The notes below the pieces were generated by a model. It was not told the DNA's origin. It saw only the letters and a list, made by a program, of their open reading frames with translations, and searched no databases. Of a stretch of DNA of 18,408 nucleotides, positions 16,298-18,408 are shown one piece after another. The stretch's first letter is position 1, and each line of letters starts with the position of its first letter. The stretch is from Thermoplasmata archaeon. Lineage in GTDB: Archaea; Thermoplasmatota; Thermoplasmata; Thermoplasmatales; ARK-15. The position numbers were made by a program, and so were the translations under genes. The DNA lies in the NCBI GenBank assembly GCA_039794005.1, contig JBAMMA010000016.1, positions 1 to 18,408 on the forward strand, read 5' to 3'.

Positions 16298-18408
16298 ATG
16301 GAAAAAATTATAATAAACTTTGATAACATTATTGAATTTATAAAAAATAATATAAATAATTATGATTGCATAATTTCTTCGGATTATATTAGAAAAAGAT
16401 CGATATTAAAATATTTTCAAATAAATAATTTTTATATAGATATAAGAAAATTATTTTCATTTGATGAATTTGTATTAAATTATATAAATGATGTTGAAAA
16501 GATACCAAGATACATAGAAAGAAAAATTTTTAAGGAATCTGTAAAAAATGTTGAAAAATTTAGGGAATACTATGAAAATGAGGATTTTATAACACAATTG
16601 ATATATGAATACTGGGAAATTAAAGAAAACGTTCTCAATGGTTTAAATGAAAAAAATTTGAGTGATGAATTCTTAACACTGGATAAATATGTTCAAGGAT
16701 ATTTGGATAAATTAAAAAATATTTCCATGGACAATAAGATAATTAAATATTATCACGAAATTGAACTATATAAGCTATTTGAGGAAAAAATAAGTGAAAT
16801 AAATAATAAAAAATTTTTATTTTGCTGCTTTTTCTACACTGGACCTACCTTTATTAATATTATAAAAAATCTGATTAAATCAAATCAAGTCGAATTTTTG
16901 TTGAATCCAATACCCGATTACCTTTTAAAATATTATGAAGAACATGGTATATGTTCATATTTAAATTGTGATATTAAAGCAAATAGATTCAATATAAAGG
17001 ATAAATTAAATAATTCAAAAATATATGTGATTCCTGACAAATATACGGAGATAATATTTATTAATAATAAAATTAGGGAATTATTAAAAAATTTCGATAT
17101 AAATAATATTTTTGTTTCATTTCCAAAAGTATCTGAATATGAGGATGAAATTATAAGTAATTTTGAAAATAATGACATACCTTTTATTTTGGAAGCTAGG
17201 AAAAGGATTAAGATTCATAATTTAATTGAAAATAAAGTTGATAGTTATGAAGGTTTGGGAAAACTTTTAATTGACAACAAAAATATTTTAAAGGAAATAT
17301 ACAATCAAGACATTCTAAATTATATATTCAGATCATATATAAATTTTTATCATATTTATAAAGTTTTATATAAAATTAACCTTCTTGACAATATTTTATC
17401 CGATTTTATAAATTATCTGAACACTCAAGAAATTGGTTCTGAAATAAAGTATAAAAACGTAATTGAATTTATAAATCTTGGAAATGCTGAAGCAAGAAAA
17501 GGTTCAATAATTTTTATATCTGGAGTATCTGAAGAAATGTTTCCGGAGCACCTTAAAACATCCATAATATTTAAGGAAGATTATAAAAATATTAAAATCA
17601 AAAGGACCGATGACTTTCATATACATGAAAACATTTACTGGATATATTCTGCAATAAATAATTTTGATAACATTATAATAACATACCCATCATTGGGCAA
17701 ATCCTATAAAAATTCACTTTTGAGCTATATCATTGAAAAAGTCTATTTTGAAAATAATTTAGATAATATAGAAAACAAAAAATTTAGTGTTGATTTGAGT
17801 ATTTTAACAAACAATTCAGCTTACTCCGAAATTAATGTAAATAAAGATTTGTGCCTAAAAAAAATAGATTATTTTAAAAACAGGGGATTTCCAGCCACAG
17901 GAATTTCAGAATATTATACCTGTCCCTTTAAGTTTTATTTGAAATATATTCTTGAAATTTCTGAAATTGAAAAACCTTTCAGTACCGTATGGTATGGAAA
18001 TGTTGTTCATAGAATATTAAAAGAAATTTATGATTTATATAAAAATAAATCAATTGAATATATGGATAAGGAATCTATTAAAGATTTTATAAAACAAAAG
18101 TTGGATGAACATTTGAAGAATTCAGAAAAATTCATTGATATTGATGAATTAAAAGAAAAAAAGGAGGAATTATTTATAGAAATATTGAATTCAATAGTAA
18201 ATGATTTAAAAATTTTAAATGATAAAAGGTACGTGATAGACACAGAAATGAAAATAAATTTGCAATTAGATGGTTATTTAATAAATGGTAGAATAGATAG
18301 AATTGATCACGTTGATAATAAATTTTACATCATATTAGACTATAAATTTTCTTCAAGCGCCGAGTCCAGGAAGAGGAAAATGTGGGATGGAAAAAATTCT
18401 AATGATTT
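16298..18408 (+). CDS. AddB-like protein: degenerate SF1 helicase region plus PD-(D/E)XK RecB-family nuclease (3'-truncated by the window; absent from ORF track)
   Basis: Hand translation stays open from ATG 16298 to the window end (>=703 codons). IFISGVSEEMFP resembles a UvrD C-terminal motif. FPATGISEYYTCPFKFYLKYIL, YGNVVHRILKE, TEMKI, GRIDRID and ILDYK are RecB-type nuclease motifs. Confidence 0.85.
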   Translation, partial: MEKIIINFDNIIEFIKNNINNYDCIISSDYIRKRSILKYFQINNFYIDIRKLFSFDEFVLNYINDVEKIPRYIERKIFKESVKNVEKFREYYENEDFITQLIYEYWEIKENVLNGLNEKNLSDEFLTLDKYVQGYLDKLKNISMDNKIIKYYHEIELYKLFEEKISEINNKKFLFCCFFYTGPTFINIIKNLIKSNQVEFLLNPIPDYLLKYYEEHGICSYLNCDIKANRFNIKDKLNNSKIYVIPDKYTEIIFINNKIRELLKNFDINNIFVSFPKVSEYEDEIISNFENNDIPFILEARKRIKIHNLIENKVDSYEGLGKLLIDNKNILKEIYNQDILNYIFRSYINFYHIYKVLYKINLLDNILSDFINYLNTQEIGSEIKYKNVIEFINLGNAEARKGSIIFISGVSEEMFPEHLKTSIIFKEDYKNIKIKRTDDFHIHENIYWIYSAINNFDNIIITYPSLGKSYKNSLLSYIIEKVYFENNLDNIENKKFSVDLSILTNNSAYSEINVNKDLCLKKIDYFKNRGFPATGISEYYTCPFKFYLKYILEISEIEKPFSTVWYGNVVHRILKEIYDLYKNKSIEYMDKESIKDFIKQKLDEHLKNSEKFIDIDELKEKKEELFIEILNSIVNDLKILNDKRYVIDTEMKINLQLDGYLINGRIDRIDHVDNKFYIILDYKFSSSAESRKRKMWDGKNSND

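Noticed and set aside
907-18243. Numerous 60-180 aa alternative ORFs in the track (e.g. 5168..5587, 7359..7901, 8903..9289, 9981..10409, 11939..12259, 15285..15611, 16933..17178, 18028..18243)
   Set aside because: They lie antisense to, or out of frame within, well-supported genes and carry no recognisable motifs, so they are treated as shadow ORFs.
17860-18408. Cas4 / CRISPR interpretation of the nuclease motifs
   Set aside because: No repeat-spacer array or other cas genes in the window, and the nuclease sits at the end of a >700-aa AddB-like protein.

Overview
Low-GC archaeal chromosomal segment; gene content and protein styles suggest Thermoplasmata (inference). It opens with a probable tRNA 3' end, then a membrane/Zn-ribbon protein, a TPR protein, a creatininase-family hydrolase, glyA, rpe, nnrE-nnrD, an MFS transporter and coaBC. 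The conserved secE-spt5-rpl11-rpl1-rpl10-rpl12 cluster follows, preceded by archaeal dnaG. A 3'-truncated AddB-like nuclease gene, missing from the ORF track, runs off the right edge. The standout is an intact 921-aa isoleucyl-tRNA synthetase paralog that keeps the structural Zn-binding cysteines, the anticodon-binding helices and the C-terminal domain. It has no recognisable HIGH, KMSKS or editing motifs and carries an added helix-hairpin-helix plus Zn-ribbon tail, making it a candidate pseudo-synthetase. Also notable: an L1-binding-site-like hairpin abutting the rpl1 ribosome-binding site, a ~143-aa N-terminal extra domain on Spt5, an uncalled 49-aa hydrophobic ORF and a tailless P0. All family assignments were made by eye from remembered motifs; no searches were run.
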